This document shows positions 9,085 to 21,015 of a stretch of 64,000 bases of DNA, piece after piece. The stretch is from positions 657,563 to 721,562 of the forward strand of contig OY969717.1 in the NCBI GenBank assembly GCA_963702155.1. The letters run 5' to 3'. Source of the DNA: an uncultured Alphaproteobacteria bacterium (GTDB lineage Bacteria > Pseudomonadota > Alphaproteobacteria > Micavibrionales > Micavibrionaceae). Position 1 is the first letter of the stretch. Each line of letters starts with the position of its first letter. The notes under the pieces are model-generated. The model searched no databases. It was given only the letters and a program-made list of their open reading frames with translations, and had not been told where the DNA came from. Position numbers and translations under genes: made by a program.

Positions 9085-10622
9085 AACCAGACATAAAAAA
9101 CTGCGCTATTTATACGCGCAAATCTACAGAAGAGGGACTGGACCAGGATTTTAATACGCTCGATGCGCAACGTGAAGCTTGTGAGGCTTATATCTTAAGC
9201 CAGAAGGCCGATGGTTGGAAAGCGATTCAAGCCCATTATGATGACGGGGGCTATTCTGGTGGTAATATTGAGCGCCCTGGACTGCAGAAACTGATGCAGG
9301 ATATTAAAGCTAGTAAAGTCCAAACGGTCGTCGTTTATAAAATTGACCGATTGACGCGCTCGCTGACAGACTTTTCAAAGTTAGTTGAGGTTTTTGATGA
9401 ATACGGAGTAACCTTCGTATCGATCACACAAAGTTTTAACACCACAACAAGTATGGGGCGCTTAACCCTGAACGTACTGTTATCTTTTGCGCAATTTGAA
9501 CGTGAAGTCACGGGGGAGCGTATCCGTGATAAAATAGCCGCCAGCAAGCAAAAGGGTATGTGGATGGGAGGATTCCCACCGCTTGGATATCAGCGTGTAG
9601 AACGAAAGTTATTACCAGATCCGATAGAGTGCAAAACTGTAAAGCTTATATTCAACCAGTATCTAAAGCTCAAATCAGTAAGAGCGCTTGCAGATTTTCT
9701 ATCTGCTGAGAATATAAAAACACCAGAACGCGTGTCAAAAAAATGCCGCTTATATGGTAATAAAGAATATAGTAGAGGGCATCTTTATAAAATCCTCAAT
9801 AATCCTGTTTATATCGGCATGGTACGCCATAAAGACAAAGTTTACGAAGGTCAGCATGAAGGCATTATAGACAAGGCTGTTTTTGAAAGCGCACAAGAAC
9901 TGCTCAACAGGCAAGCCGTTGTAAGAGCAGGCAAGACGATTGATAGCGGACAATTGTTAAAAGGACTGCTCTATGATGTTGATGGCACGATTTATAGCCC
10001 AACATATACTTCAAAAGGTAAAAAGCGTTACAGCTATTATATCAGTCAGAATTTACTCCAATATCGTGACCACCCAAAAGGCGTTTTAGCGCGCATCCCA
10101 GCCCATGAAATTGAAAAGGCAGTCACTTGTGGTTTGAAGTCATGGCTATCCGATGACGCCAATCTTGTGGAATTATTTCCCTCCGTAGCTCGGCAGACTC
10201 TAAAATGGATTTCAAATCAGCATTTAGATATTTTGCACGATGATGTGCGCGCCATTTTAAGTATGGTTGTCTTGGCGCAAGATGAAACGACACTCAAAAT
10301 TAACACAGCCAAACTGCAACAATATTTAGAAGATACATTAAAGGTTACGCTTGAAACACCATCTTTAAAAGAGATCTTAGTATTTGTTCTGTATAAAACA
10401 AAGCGCGTAAATAATGGCGCGGTCATTGTTGAAACCAATAGTAGCAATAAAAACATGCTTGATATACCTAATGATCAGCTCGCGCGTATTGTAAAAGGCA
10501 TAGTTTGGCGAGACGAGCACTTTGCCGGTAGCACCCTCAAATCAATCTCAAAAAAGTATCAGCATGGCGAATATTATGTTCATCGATGTATTCATGAGAG
10601 TTTTGACTTTTTGAGCCGTTAA
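9081..10622 (+). CDS. Large serine recombinase
   Basis: 513 aa. N-terminal resolvase domain (AIYTRKSTEEG...DAQREAC, VVVYKIDRLTRS), followed by recombinase and zinc-ribbon-like regions. Confidence 0.92.
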   Translation: MKPDIKNCAIYTRKSTEEGLDQDFNTLDAQREACEAYILSQKADGWKAIQAHYDDGGYSGGNIERPGLQKLMQDIKASKVQTVVVYKIDRLTRSLTDFSKLVEVFDEYGVTFVSITQSFNTTTSMGRLTLNVLLSFAQFEREVTGERIRDKIAASKQKGMWMGGFPPLGYQRVERKLLPDPIECKTVKLIFNQYLKLKSVRALADFLSAENIKTPERVSKKCRLYGNKEYSRGHLYKILNNPVYIGMVRHKDKVYEGQHEGIIDKAVFESAQELLNRQAVVRAGKTIDSGQLLKGLLYDVDGTIYSPTYTSKGKKRYSYYISQNLLQYRDHPKGVLARIPAHEIEKAVTCGLKSWLSDDANLVELFPSVARQTLKWISNQHLDILHDDVRAILSMVVLAQDETTLKINTAKLQQYLEDTLKVTLETPSLKEILVFVLYKTKRVNNGAVIVETNSSNKNMLDIPNDQLARIVKGIVWRDEHFAGSTLKSISKKYQHGEYYVHRCIHESFDFLSR

Positions 10623-10782
10623 ATTCCCTGTTATTAACAATAAATTCCCTGTTAATTTTGAAAATTTTTTGCCACAAAAGATGTGAAACCTATGTATTCT
10701 CTGCTGTGCAGCTGATTTTCCCACGAAACCAAACATTAAAAAACAAAAATTCCCTGATAATTCCCTGTTTAACAGGGAATTC
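10622..10782. repeat. Cluster of AATTCCCTG(T/A)T motifs, including a perfect 11-bp-arm palindrome
   Basis: AATTCCCTGTTA at 10622 and 10643, AATTCCCTGAT at 10748, and the palindrome AATTCCCTGTT-T-AACAGGGAATT at 10759..10781. Confidence 0.8.
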
Positions 10783-10938
10783 ATGCGTTTGACCATTCGG
10801 GATATAAACCAAAGAGAGAAATGAGTAATATTAGGGTTATTCAAAGATTCTCTGGGAATCGTCAAAAACATGACAAGCTCAAACACCGCCTGTAGCGGGG
10901 AATCACGTGTAATATTCTCTGAAAGAGGGGAAAGGTAG

Positions 10939-10982
10939 ACTAAATGGCGGTGCGGAGCGACTAAAAAGAAAATAAGTCTCCA
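10939..10982. repeat. Right copy of the 44-bp imperfect direct repeat
   Basis: See 4585..4628. Confidence 0.7.
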
Positions 10983-11082
10983 ATGCAAACTGTTGTAAAA
11001 CAAAAGAAAAATTTTTTTCTATTTATACCTTGTCTCTACCGACCGCTTATATTTTAGAAAGATAGCAATTATTGAAACCGAT

Positions 11083-11409
11083 CTAAACCATTTTTTTGAT
11101 CACCCATGTAATAACCCCATATATTTTGAGGTCTTCTAGCGTGTTAAATGGCGGGAGGTTGTCAGCCTTATTGTGAGGAAGGAGGTCTATGTTATTCCCG
11201 TTGATGTATAGCCGTTTAATATAAATCTCATCACCAACCTCAATCGCCACAATATTTTCATGCTCGGCCTTACGTTTCACATCAACCAAGAGGTGATCTC
11301 CATCCTCAATATGGGCTTCAGGAATTGAACCACCTTGCGCCATGATGATCTCCAGGTCGTCGATGCTTTCAAAAAGCAGAGCTTGAATGTTTGCTAAATT
11401 GTTGTCCAT
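11083..11409 (-). CDS. S24 (LexA/UmuD-like) peptidase domain protein without a DNA-binding domain
   Basis: Start MDNNLANI at 11409, 1 nt after the czcD stop. GGSIPE..IEDGDHLLVD (Ser) and IYIKRL (Lys) match the S24 catalytic dyad context. Confidence 0.6.
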   Translation of the reverse strand: MDNNLANIQALLFESIDDLEIIMAQGGSIPEAHIEDGDHLLVDVKRKAEHENIVAIEVGDEIYIKRLYINGNNIDLLPHNKADNLPPFNTLEDLKIYGVITWVIKKMV

Positions 11410-11410
11410 A

Positions 11411-12295
11411 TCACACCTCACTACATTTATTGATTTCAAATTCTAAAGTTGAATGTTCGATAGAATGATCGTCATGAAGCATAGTTTTTAGATGTTTTTT
11501 TGTTGCTTCCATCTTATCCATATTCGAGAGAACAACGTGCGCTTCCAAGGCATTGCGTTGCTCGTCAAGCTGCCATACATGAACGTGATGAACATTCTTT
11601 ACGCCTTCAATATTTTCCATGGCGGTGGTTATATCGTCGATGCTGACATTCTCTGGTGTTCCTTCCATAAGCAGGTGAATTACTTTCGGAATTTCTGAAA
11701 AACCGTGATAGAGGACATATCCGGCAATGAGCAGCGTCATGGCCGCATCCGTCCATATCCAGCCATACAGTAAAATCAGCGTTCCGGCGATAATCACACC
11801 CACGGATGCTGCCGCATCTGTTAAGTTGTGCAGAAATGCCGCTCTAATATTCATGCTGTTTTTGGATTGGCTGTAGGTCAAAAGAGCTGTAAAAATATCC
11901 ACGACCAAGGCAATAGCCGCCACGATAACAATCGTCCATCCTGCAATCGGCTCCGGCGTTATAAAACGCATAATCGCCTCGTAACACAGATACAATCCAA
12001 TAATGATCAAAGTGGTCAGGTTAATGAGCGCGGCTATGGTTTCAGCGCGTTTGTAGCCAAAGGTTTTAAATTGATCTGGTGGTTTTCGACCAATCCGAAT
12101 AGCCACCAGTGCAATAAATAGCGAGGCCGCATCACTGAAATTATGCAGGGCGTCGGCAATCAAGGATAAGCTGCCGGAGATTATACCACCAATAACCTGT
12201 GCCACTGTCAGCAATATGTTTGCGCCCACCGCCCACCATAAGCGTTGTTCTCCTACTTCAGACGGATCTCCGTGATGATGATGTCCATGTCCCAT
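11411..12295 (-). CDS. czcD: Cation diffusion facilitator (Zn/Co/Cd efflux)
   Basis: 294 aa with an N-terminal HGHHHHG tract. IADALHNFSDA and FGYKRAE motifs, six TM segments and a C-terminal cytoplasmic domain. Confidence 0.9.
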   Translation of the reverse strand: MGHGHHHHGDPSEVGEQRLWWAVGANILLTVAQVIGGIISGSLSLIADALHNFSDAASLFIALVAIRIGRKPPDQFKTFGYKRAETIAALINLTTLIIIGLYLCYEAIMRFITPEPIAGWTIVIVAAIALVVDIFTALLTYSQSKNSMNIRAAFLHNLTDAAASVGVIIAGTLILLYGWIWTDAAMTLLIAGYVLYHGFSEIPKVIHLLMEGTPENVSIDDITTAMENIEGVKNVHHVHVWQLDEQRNALEAHVVLSNMDKMEATKKHLKTMLHDDHSIEHSTLEFEINKCSEV

Positions 12296-12298
12296 ATT

Positions 12299-12643
12299 TT
12301 ACCCCAATACGTTTTTCATGATGAATTGATGCAAGAAATATCCAGCCACCAATAGAGCAAGCCCCACGCCATAGCTAATCCAGAAATTCAAATCCCATTT
12401 TTCAATAAAGAAGAAAGGCAGGAAAAACAGCCATGAAATCGGCACCGCAAAAATAATGCTGCGCGCGTATTGTGCGGTTGTCGCTGTGTCCTGGTATTGA
12501 ATATAAGAAAACGCTATGGCGAGAATGGAAACCAGCGGCAAGGCCGTTATAAACCCTGCCAGCTCTGGTTTTTTCCCCGATAGCCAGGATGCAAAAGCAA
12601 TCACTAAAGCAGCAATACCGATTTTTAAAGCCGTGAAAATCAT
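12299..12643 (-). CDS. Small four-TM membrane protein (DUF3147-like)
   Basis: 114 aa, four hydrophobic segments, sits within the czc operon. Confidence 0.55.
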   Translation of the reverse strand: MIFTALKIGIAALVIAFASWLSGKKPELAGFITALPLVSILAIAFSYIQYQDTATTAQYARSIIFAVPISWLFFLPFFFIEKWDLNFWISYGVGLALLVAGYFLHQFIMKNVLG

Positions 12644-12654
12644 GATCGCTCTTC

Positions 12655-12891
12655 CTACTCTTTTTGTTCTCTGGCCTTGCGTTTCTCATAGATCTCGACA
12701 CGCACTTCTTTTTTGCATTCAAGGCGTTTTTTGACGGACGGATAACGCGCCTTTGGGCATCGTTGTTGTTCGATACTGCTGAAACGCGGCATCTCCTTGA
12801 TTTGGTCCGGCGTGTAATCACTCACATCCGCGCGGGCTGTTCCAAGGCCGATAGTCAGTACGGCGGCAGTTAAAAGCATTAATGTTTTCAT
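12655..12891 (-). CDS. Small exported protein of the czc operon
   Basis: 78 aa with a signal peptide (MKTLMLLTAAVLTIGLGTARA), two Cys and a basic C-terminus. Confidence 0.5.
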   Translation of the reverse strand: MKTLMLLTAAVLTIGLGTARADVSDYTPDQIKEMPRFSSIEQQRCPKARYPSVKKRLECKKEVRVEIYEKRKAREQKE

Positions 12892-12905
12892 AGTTTTTTC
12901 TCCTT

Positions 12906-16097
<3,192 letters not shown>

Positions 16098-16104
16098 CTA
16101 CTTT

Positions 16105-17241
16105 TTAATGTTCGTGCGCTGCGCCGGATTTCAAAATATCGGCCTTGATAATAAAACTGCCTTCGCTGACATAGCTCTGTCCTGCGCTCAAGCCGCTTGT
16201 GATTTCAATATACCGTCCGTCAGACACGCCTGTTTTGACGGGCTTCATCTCATAATTATTGCCGTCTTTTATGAACACGACGGTTTGATCTTCCATTGTT
16301 TGCAAAGCGGATTCCCGCACGGCCAGAGGCACCTGCTTTTGTGAAACGCTTACATCGCCCTCGACAGTCGTGCCTGGCCTCCACATGCCATTTTCATTGC
16401 TCATTGGTGCAACAGCCACAAGCGTTTGGCTCAAAGCATCTGCGGTGGGAAACAGCATTGAGATTGTTGCATCTTGTTCTTTGCCTTCATCAAGCGTGTG
16501 AACGCGAACGCTTTGCTGCGTGGCGACAACATCAGCATCTTTGGGAAAAATGTGGAACTTTGCCCAGACCGTTGAAAGATCAGCAATTGTAAACAAAGAC
16601 CCATCACCCGCAACGTCACCTAGGTTGGTATTTCGCATCAAAATGGTGCCATCAATCGGTGATGTGACACTATATTCTTTAAGGCTTTCATTGCTCTCGA
16701 CAATGGCCAGCACTTGGCCTTTTTTAACAGTTTCACCCAGATTAGCTTTGACGCTGCGGACAATGCCAGGAAACCGCGCCCGCACTTCGGCTTTCGTATT
16801 TTGGTTGATCGTGATGCGTCCCGTAAGAGCGACAACATCCCCAATCATGGCCGGAGCGGTTTTCTCAATCATAACGCCAGCCTGTTTTGCGGCGTCTGGT
16901 GCAATTTCAGTTTTGCCTTCTTCGTGTTCGTCACCATGATCGTCATGTCCACCGTGACCATGGTCATCGTGGCTATCTTCCTTTTCATGACTGTCATGGC
17001 CGTGATCATCATGAGAGTCGCCGTCTTCGGAATGATCATCGCCATGGTCGTCGCCATCGCCTTCATCATGCCCGTCTTCATGCTCATGTCCGTCATCATG
17101 GCCGTGGCCTTTTTGTTCGTCATGTCCATGATCGTCATGCGTTTCTGTTTCCGCTTTTGCGGAGGTAATAAAGGCGGGTGTGAGTTGCCACGCAAATAGC
17201 GCAAGCCCCAACACAAATAGAGATAAGAGTTTTTTAGTCAT
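16105..17241 (-). CDS. czcB: RND efflux membrane-fusion protein with a His/Asp-rich N-terminal extension
   Basis: 378 aa: signal/anchor, an ~80-aa HD-rich tract, then an HlyD-like barrel-sandwich region. Confidence 0.9.
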   Translation of the reverse strand: MTKKLLSLFVLGLALFAWQLTPAFITSAKAETETHDDHGHDEQKGHGHDDGHEHEDGHDEGDGDDHGDDHSEDGDSHDDHGHDSHEKEDSHDDHGHGGHDDHGDEHEEGKTEIAPDAAKQAGVMIEKTAPAMIGDVVALTGRITINQNTKAEVRARFPGIVRSVKANLGETVKKGQVLAIVESNESLKEYSVTSPIDGTILMRNTNLGDVAGDGSLFTIADLSTVWAKFHIFPKDADVVATQQSVRVHTLDEGKEQDATISMLFPTADALSQTLVAVAPMSNENGMWRPGTTVEGDVSVSQKQVPLAVRESALQTMEDQTVVFIKDGNNYEMKPVKTGVSDGRYIEITSGLSAGQSYVSEGSFIIKADILKSGAAHEH

Positions 17242-18517
17242 TGGTTTTTCCTTCTAAGGTTGCTTGAGAGAAATGTTCGATCAGGGGGCTATGTGTCCCC
17301 ATCAGGAAATCGGTTTGTGCCTTGGCCTCATAAACGCTTAACAGACTATCCAGCCGTGCTTCACGCACTTCGTACAAAACGCGCTGTGCATCAAGCAAAT
17401 CGAGGAAACCAAAAGCACCACGGCCATAACCGTCATCGGCCTGATTGTAGGCTTTCTGTGCGCTCGGGATGATTTCATTCTGATAACGCTCCGCCTCGGC
17501 CAGAGATGCCGCATAATTTTCCCATGTCTGAATAGCCGATTGACGCAAAGCCAGACCAGCCGCATAGGTTTCGGCATCGGCTTTGATCATATTGGCCTTG
17601 GCTTCCTTTATACTGCCCTGATTGCGGTTAAAAACCGGAAGCGGGAATGAAACACCGGCCACCAGTGCCGTGCTGTCATTCTCATTGAAGCGGCGAATAC
17701 CCAGCCCGAAAGTCGGATCCGGCACGGCCTGTGATCGCGCTAAATCCAAAGATGATCGCGCTTGCATTTTGGCAAATTCCTGCGCTTTCATTTGAGGGGC
17801 GTTTTGAATGGCTTGTAAAAGACTTTCTTTTTCCAGCAAGTCCGGCAACGATCCGATATCAGCGTCCACGGTCAAATCAGCGGTATCTACACCACCCAAC
17901 AATCGTGCGAGATCATTTTGCGCGGTGACCAATTCCTGTTCAGCGCGCCTTTGTTCAACCTCGGCGGCGGCTTGTTCGATATCCGCTTTGGTGTGTTCAA
18001 TCTCTGCGGATCTTGCCGCTCCGACACGTTTTTTAACGATGTCGTGGGTTTTATCAGCCAGCGCAAGGCGTTTATCCGCCAAGGCAACGCGTTCCTGTGC
18101 TACGGCCACACGCATATAGGTGTAATCGGTTTCGGCCAAAAGGCTTAAGGCTTGTGCCTTGGCCTGTTGCTGATTGATGTTATATGAGAAACCCGCGACC
18201 TTTGTGCGATTGCCGCGCTTTCCGCCCATCTCAATTTTTTGCTCAATACCAAGCGTAAGCTCCGCGCCATCAAAGCCTTCATTTTCATCGTCTCCGGCAA
18301 AGTTTTCTATTTCAAAAACCGCATCGGGGTTTGGAGGGAGTGAGGCTTGAAGGCGTGAGCCGTCCGCCGCATCAATATCTGCCAATGCCGCCTTATAAGT
18401 CGGGTTATTCTGTAAGGCTGTTTGAAGCGCCGCCTGTTTATCCAGCGATTCAGCTCTGGCGAGTGTTGGTTGCCATAAAAGCATAGCCAGCGCGGACGTA
18501 TAGAGTAATTTTTTCAT
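17234..18517 (-). CDS. czcC: Outer-membrane factor (TolC-like) of the heavy-metal efflux system
   Basis: 427 aa with a signal peptide and duplicated OEP coiled-coil repeats. Overlaps the czcB start. Confidence 0.88.
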   Translation of the reverse strand: MKKLLYTSALAMLLWQPTLARAESLDKQAALQTALQNNPTYKAALADIDAADGSRLQASLPPNPDAVFEIENFAGDDENEGFDGAELTLGIEQKIEMGGKRGNRTKVAGFSYNINQQQAKAQALSLLAETDYTYMRVAVAQERVALADKRLALADKTHDIVKKRVGAARSAEIEHTKADIEQAAAEVEQRRAEQELVTAQNDLARLLGGVDTADLTVDADIGSLPDLLEKESLLQAIQNAPQMKAQEFAKMQARSSLDLARSQAVPDPTFGLGIRRFNENDSTALVAGVSFPLPVFNRNQGSIKEAKANMIKADAETYAAGLALRQSAIQTWENYAASLAEAERYQNEIIPSAQKAYNQADDGYGRGAFGFLDLLDAQRVLYEVREARLDSLLSVYEAKAQTDFLMGTHSPLIEHFSQATLEGKTND

Positions 18518-18652
18518 CGTGTGTTCCTTTTTTGAGTCAATAAGGGGGTAAGGCGGCGCTCTGTTTCAAAGCGCAGTCTCAAAGAAATAAGGTCGCAAAA
18601 TTGCTCCGCTTATGGCACGAGCCAAAAAGCGGATATACTACGCCTTACAGAT

Positions 18653-18973
18653 TTATGATTTGGGGGGGCGTTTAAGGCCGTAAATAAAGTCCGATACGAA
18701 TATACTCGCAGGGCGGACTTGAAGCTTATCCTTCGCAGAGGATGGTAAGCTGGTAATTTGGTTAGAGTTGTTCATGACGTGATGAATGCAGCAGCCGCCA
18801 CACGCTATATCACAATCCTTGCTTCCAAGGGGGTTATGGTCGCCTGAATCATCCAAATCAACTGAAATGGAAATCTCGGAAGGAGAATCAATACTGGCAT
18901 GAGCATGTGTAGCGCTGACCGTCATAGAGACGATCATGGCAAACAACGTGAATATCAAAAAAACTTTGCTCAT
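18653..18973 (-). CDS. Small periplasmic Cys/His-rich protein (CzcI-like position), C-terminal RPPKS
   Basis: Start MSKVFLIF at 18973. Signal peptide, DCDIACGGCCIHH cluster. First gene upstream of czcC. Confidence 0.6.
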   Translation of the reverse strand: MSKVFLIFTLFAMIVSMTVSATHAHASIDSPSEISISVDLDDSGDHNPLGSKDCDIACGGCCIHHVMNNSNQITSLPSSAKDKLQVRPASIFVSDFIYGLKRPPKS

Positions 18974-19101
18974 GATTTCAAAGTACCATTGAAGTGTTAG
19001 CAATTCAATAATGAAACTTGAATATTATTATCAAAGGTTTTTCAAGAGCTTTCTGAGTAACCAAAGTGACATATGCACCGAATTAGATTATAATGATAAA
19101 T

Positions 19102-19452
19102 ATGAAGCGTTTTATTTTGATGTTTGTTGCAGTGATGTTTCTTGCCAATGCCTTTGCGGTATCGGCATGGGCAAAGCCGTGCATGAACATGGATATGGCT
19201 TCATCAAGCCAGCAAACCATGGATATGAGCGATATGCCTTGCCATGAGGACAAGGAACAAAAATCCCCCACGAAACATTGTGACGGGGTGTGCCTTTGCC
19301 TTCATGTCTCTATCAATCAAACACCTGTTTTAAACGATCAAGCCAGCTTGGATGTGCCTTCAGGCCAGAGCGAACGGCTTGATGCTACAAACGAGCGTGT
19401 TGCATCCATGGCAACAGCCCCCCTTAGGCGCCCTCCAAAATCTAACTCCTGA
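19102..19452 (+). CDS. Small periplasmic Met/Cys/His-rich protein, C-terminal RRPPKS
   Basis: Start MKRFILMF at 19102. Signal peptide, then PCMNMDM...MDMSDMPCHED...HCDGVCLCLH. Shares its C-terminal motif with 18653..18973. Confidence 0.6.
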   Translation: MKRFILMFVAVMFLANAFAVSAWAKPCMNMDMASSSQQTMDMSDMPCHEDKEQKSPTKHCDGVCLCLHVSINQTPVLNDQASLDVPSGQSERLDATNERVASMATAPLRRPPKSNS

Positions 19453-19524
19453 TATTTAAGCCATCAATGGCTTTTCTTGCCGTGCCTTTGCACGGCCTAA
19501 TCTCACACATATCAGGAGATCATT

Positions 19525-20167
19525 ATGCGATATGTACTTTATGCCCTTATTGGAATGGGGCTAATTATTCCAAATGTTGCTGACGCACGACCTGTATCTT
19601 ATCCGGGCGGCTGGACGGTTATGTTGATGAATGATGGCGATAAAAACAGCGCCCACATTCATTACTCACCGACGGCAAAAACGTCGGTGGGTTATAAATT
19701 TGAATACTGGCGGGACAAGGAATTTACCTTAAACGCCGTTCAAATGAACAACCTTCTCAAACGCTGGAACAAAAAAGACAGCCAAGCCAATTATATTTAA
19801 AGTCCGGCTTTGGTGTTGCATACAGCGATGAAGGCGATTTCGACGGTGAAACCAAGCGGCAGGGTTTACAGGCATTGCCGCCGATTGGGAAAACCGCCGT
19901 TTCTTTACCTCATACGAAAACCGCTACACCGAGGCCGGAGAGATTGATGATTTTTATCAGCAATCCGCCCGTGTCGGTTTTGCGCCGTATGAAGGTGATT
20001 ACGGCGATCTGCATACATGGCTGATGCTTCAAGTCGAGCATATGCCGGAAGCGGATAACAATTTCACCGTCACGCCACTTGTGAGGCTCTTTAAAGATGT
20101 TCACCTGTTTGAAGCAGGCATGAACAATCGCGGAGAAGTCCTCTTTAACTATGTACTTCGGTACTAA
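19525..20167 (+). pseudogene. Outer-membrane beta-barrel-like protein gene with about two frameshifts
   Basis: The signal-peptide ORF 19525..19800 continues in other frames (GFTGIAADWENRRFF...LFNYVLRY, ending in an aromatic residue). Confidence 0.55.
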
Positions 20168-20222
20168 ATCAACTTGTCTCGGCTTGCGCGTGACGTATTA
20201 AAACTGAAAAAGAAAAAATATA

Positions 20223-20557
20223 ATGAAACATTTAACTTTATTACTAACTGCATTAACCCTCTCTTTTGCCGCGCCTGTTTACGCAGCGGAAGACGTCCAA
20301 CCTATGCAAGCAGAGCAAGCCGTTCAATCCGGTGATGTCCACGTAAGCGTCAATGGGCTTGTTTGTGATTTCTGCGCTCGCGCTCTTGAAAAAGTGTTTG
20401 GCAAAGAAGAAGACGGTCAAAGGGATTGATGTAAATCTTGATACGAAAATTATCACGATCAACTTCAATGAAGGCCAAACGCTTAGACGATGAGACAATG
20501 ACAGAACTTATCACGGATGCTGGCTATAATGTGGAAGGCATACATCGTGTCGAATAA
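20223..20557 (+). pseudogene. Periplasmic heavy-metal-associated (MerP-like HMA) protein gene, frameshifted
   Basis: Signal peptide plus GLVCDFCA metal-binding loop. The reading frame breaks near 20415 and resumes as VKGIDVNLDTKIITINF...ITDAGYNVEGI. Confidence 0.6.
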
Positions 20558-20945
20558 CGCTGAACCCACGCTTTGGCAACATACTGTCATGCCAACCCTT
20601 AGCCTATTTACCAGTATGGGAACGCTCATTTGCTGTGCGCTTCCAGCTTTACTGGTAACGCTTGGCATGGGCGCGGCATTGGCAGGGTTTGTCGGGGCTG
20701 TGCCGTGGATTACCGCTCTGTCTGAATATAAAGAGTGGGTATTTGCTGGGGCTGGCATCATGCTGGCGTTGTCGGCGTTCATGCAGTGGCGGGGGCGTTA
20801 TGCGCCTTGCCCTGCTGACCCGGCAAAGGCAAAGGCGTGTATGCGGCTTAGAAAAGTCAGTTGGGCGATATTGATCTTCTCGATCATCGTTTATCTGATT
20901 GGCTTTTTCTTTGCCTTTTTAGCCGCAGATATATTCTACGGATAA
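20547..20945 (+). CDS. MerT-like metal transport membrane protein
   Basis: CC pair in TM1 (GTLICCALPALL) and a Cys pair in the loop (CPADPAKAKAC), with overall MerT-like layout. The GTG start overlaps the HMA gene stop. Confidence 0.6.
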   Translation: MSNNAEPTLWQHTVMPTLSLFTSMGTLICCALPALLVTLGMGAALAGFVGAVPWITALSEYKEWVFAGAGIMLALSAFMQWRGRYAPCPADPAKAKACMRLRKVSWAILIFSIIVYLIGFFFAFLAADIFYG

Positions 20946-20951
20946 TAATTG

Positions 20952-20987
20952 AAACAGGCCGGATACGGAACTGTTCGGCCTGTTTTT
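20952..20987 (+). terminator. Rho-independent terminator
   Basis: AAACAGGCCG...CGGCCTGTTT hairpin followed by a T-run. Confidence 0.7.
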
Positions 20988-21015
20988 CCGTTTAACAATT
21001 AGAAGGAAATATAAA

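Larger units (their letters stand above)
4585..10982. mobile_element. Candidate serine-recombinase element or mosaic islet bounded by the 44-bp direct repeats
   Basis: The direct repeats bracket gene relics, AT-rich orphan genes and the DUF2924 + recombinase pair, with a palindromic site near the right end. Confidence 0.4.

Noticed and set aside
10548-11003. 151-codon minus-strand ORF downstream of the recombinase gene
   Set aside because: It spans the AATTCCCTG repeat cluster and the 44-bp repeat. There is no RBS or recognisable motif, so it is more plausibly non-coding att/regulatory DNA.
12402-12821. 139-codon ORF overlapping the DUF3147-like and small exported protein genes
   Set aside because: Its product is Arg/Ser-rich with no hydrophobic pattern. 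The competing frames give a clean four-TM protein and a signal-peptide protein with operon-consistent spacing.
16714-17216. Long ORFs on both strands (16714..17199 +, 16869..17216 -, 16887..17168 +) inside the czcB 5' region
   Set aside because: They are by-products of the periodic His/Asp-coding repeat. Their products are low-complexity (M/V/I/F or H/R/G runs). The czcB frame has clear family similarity.
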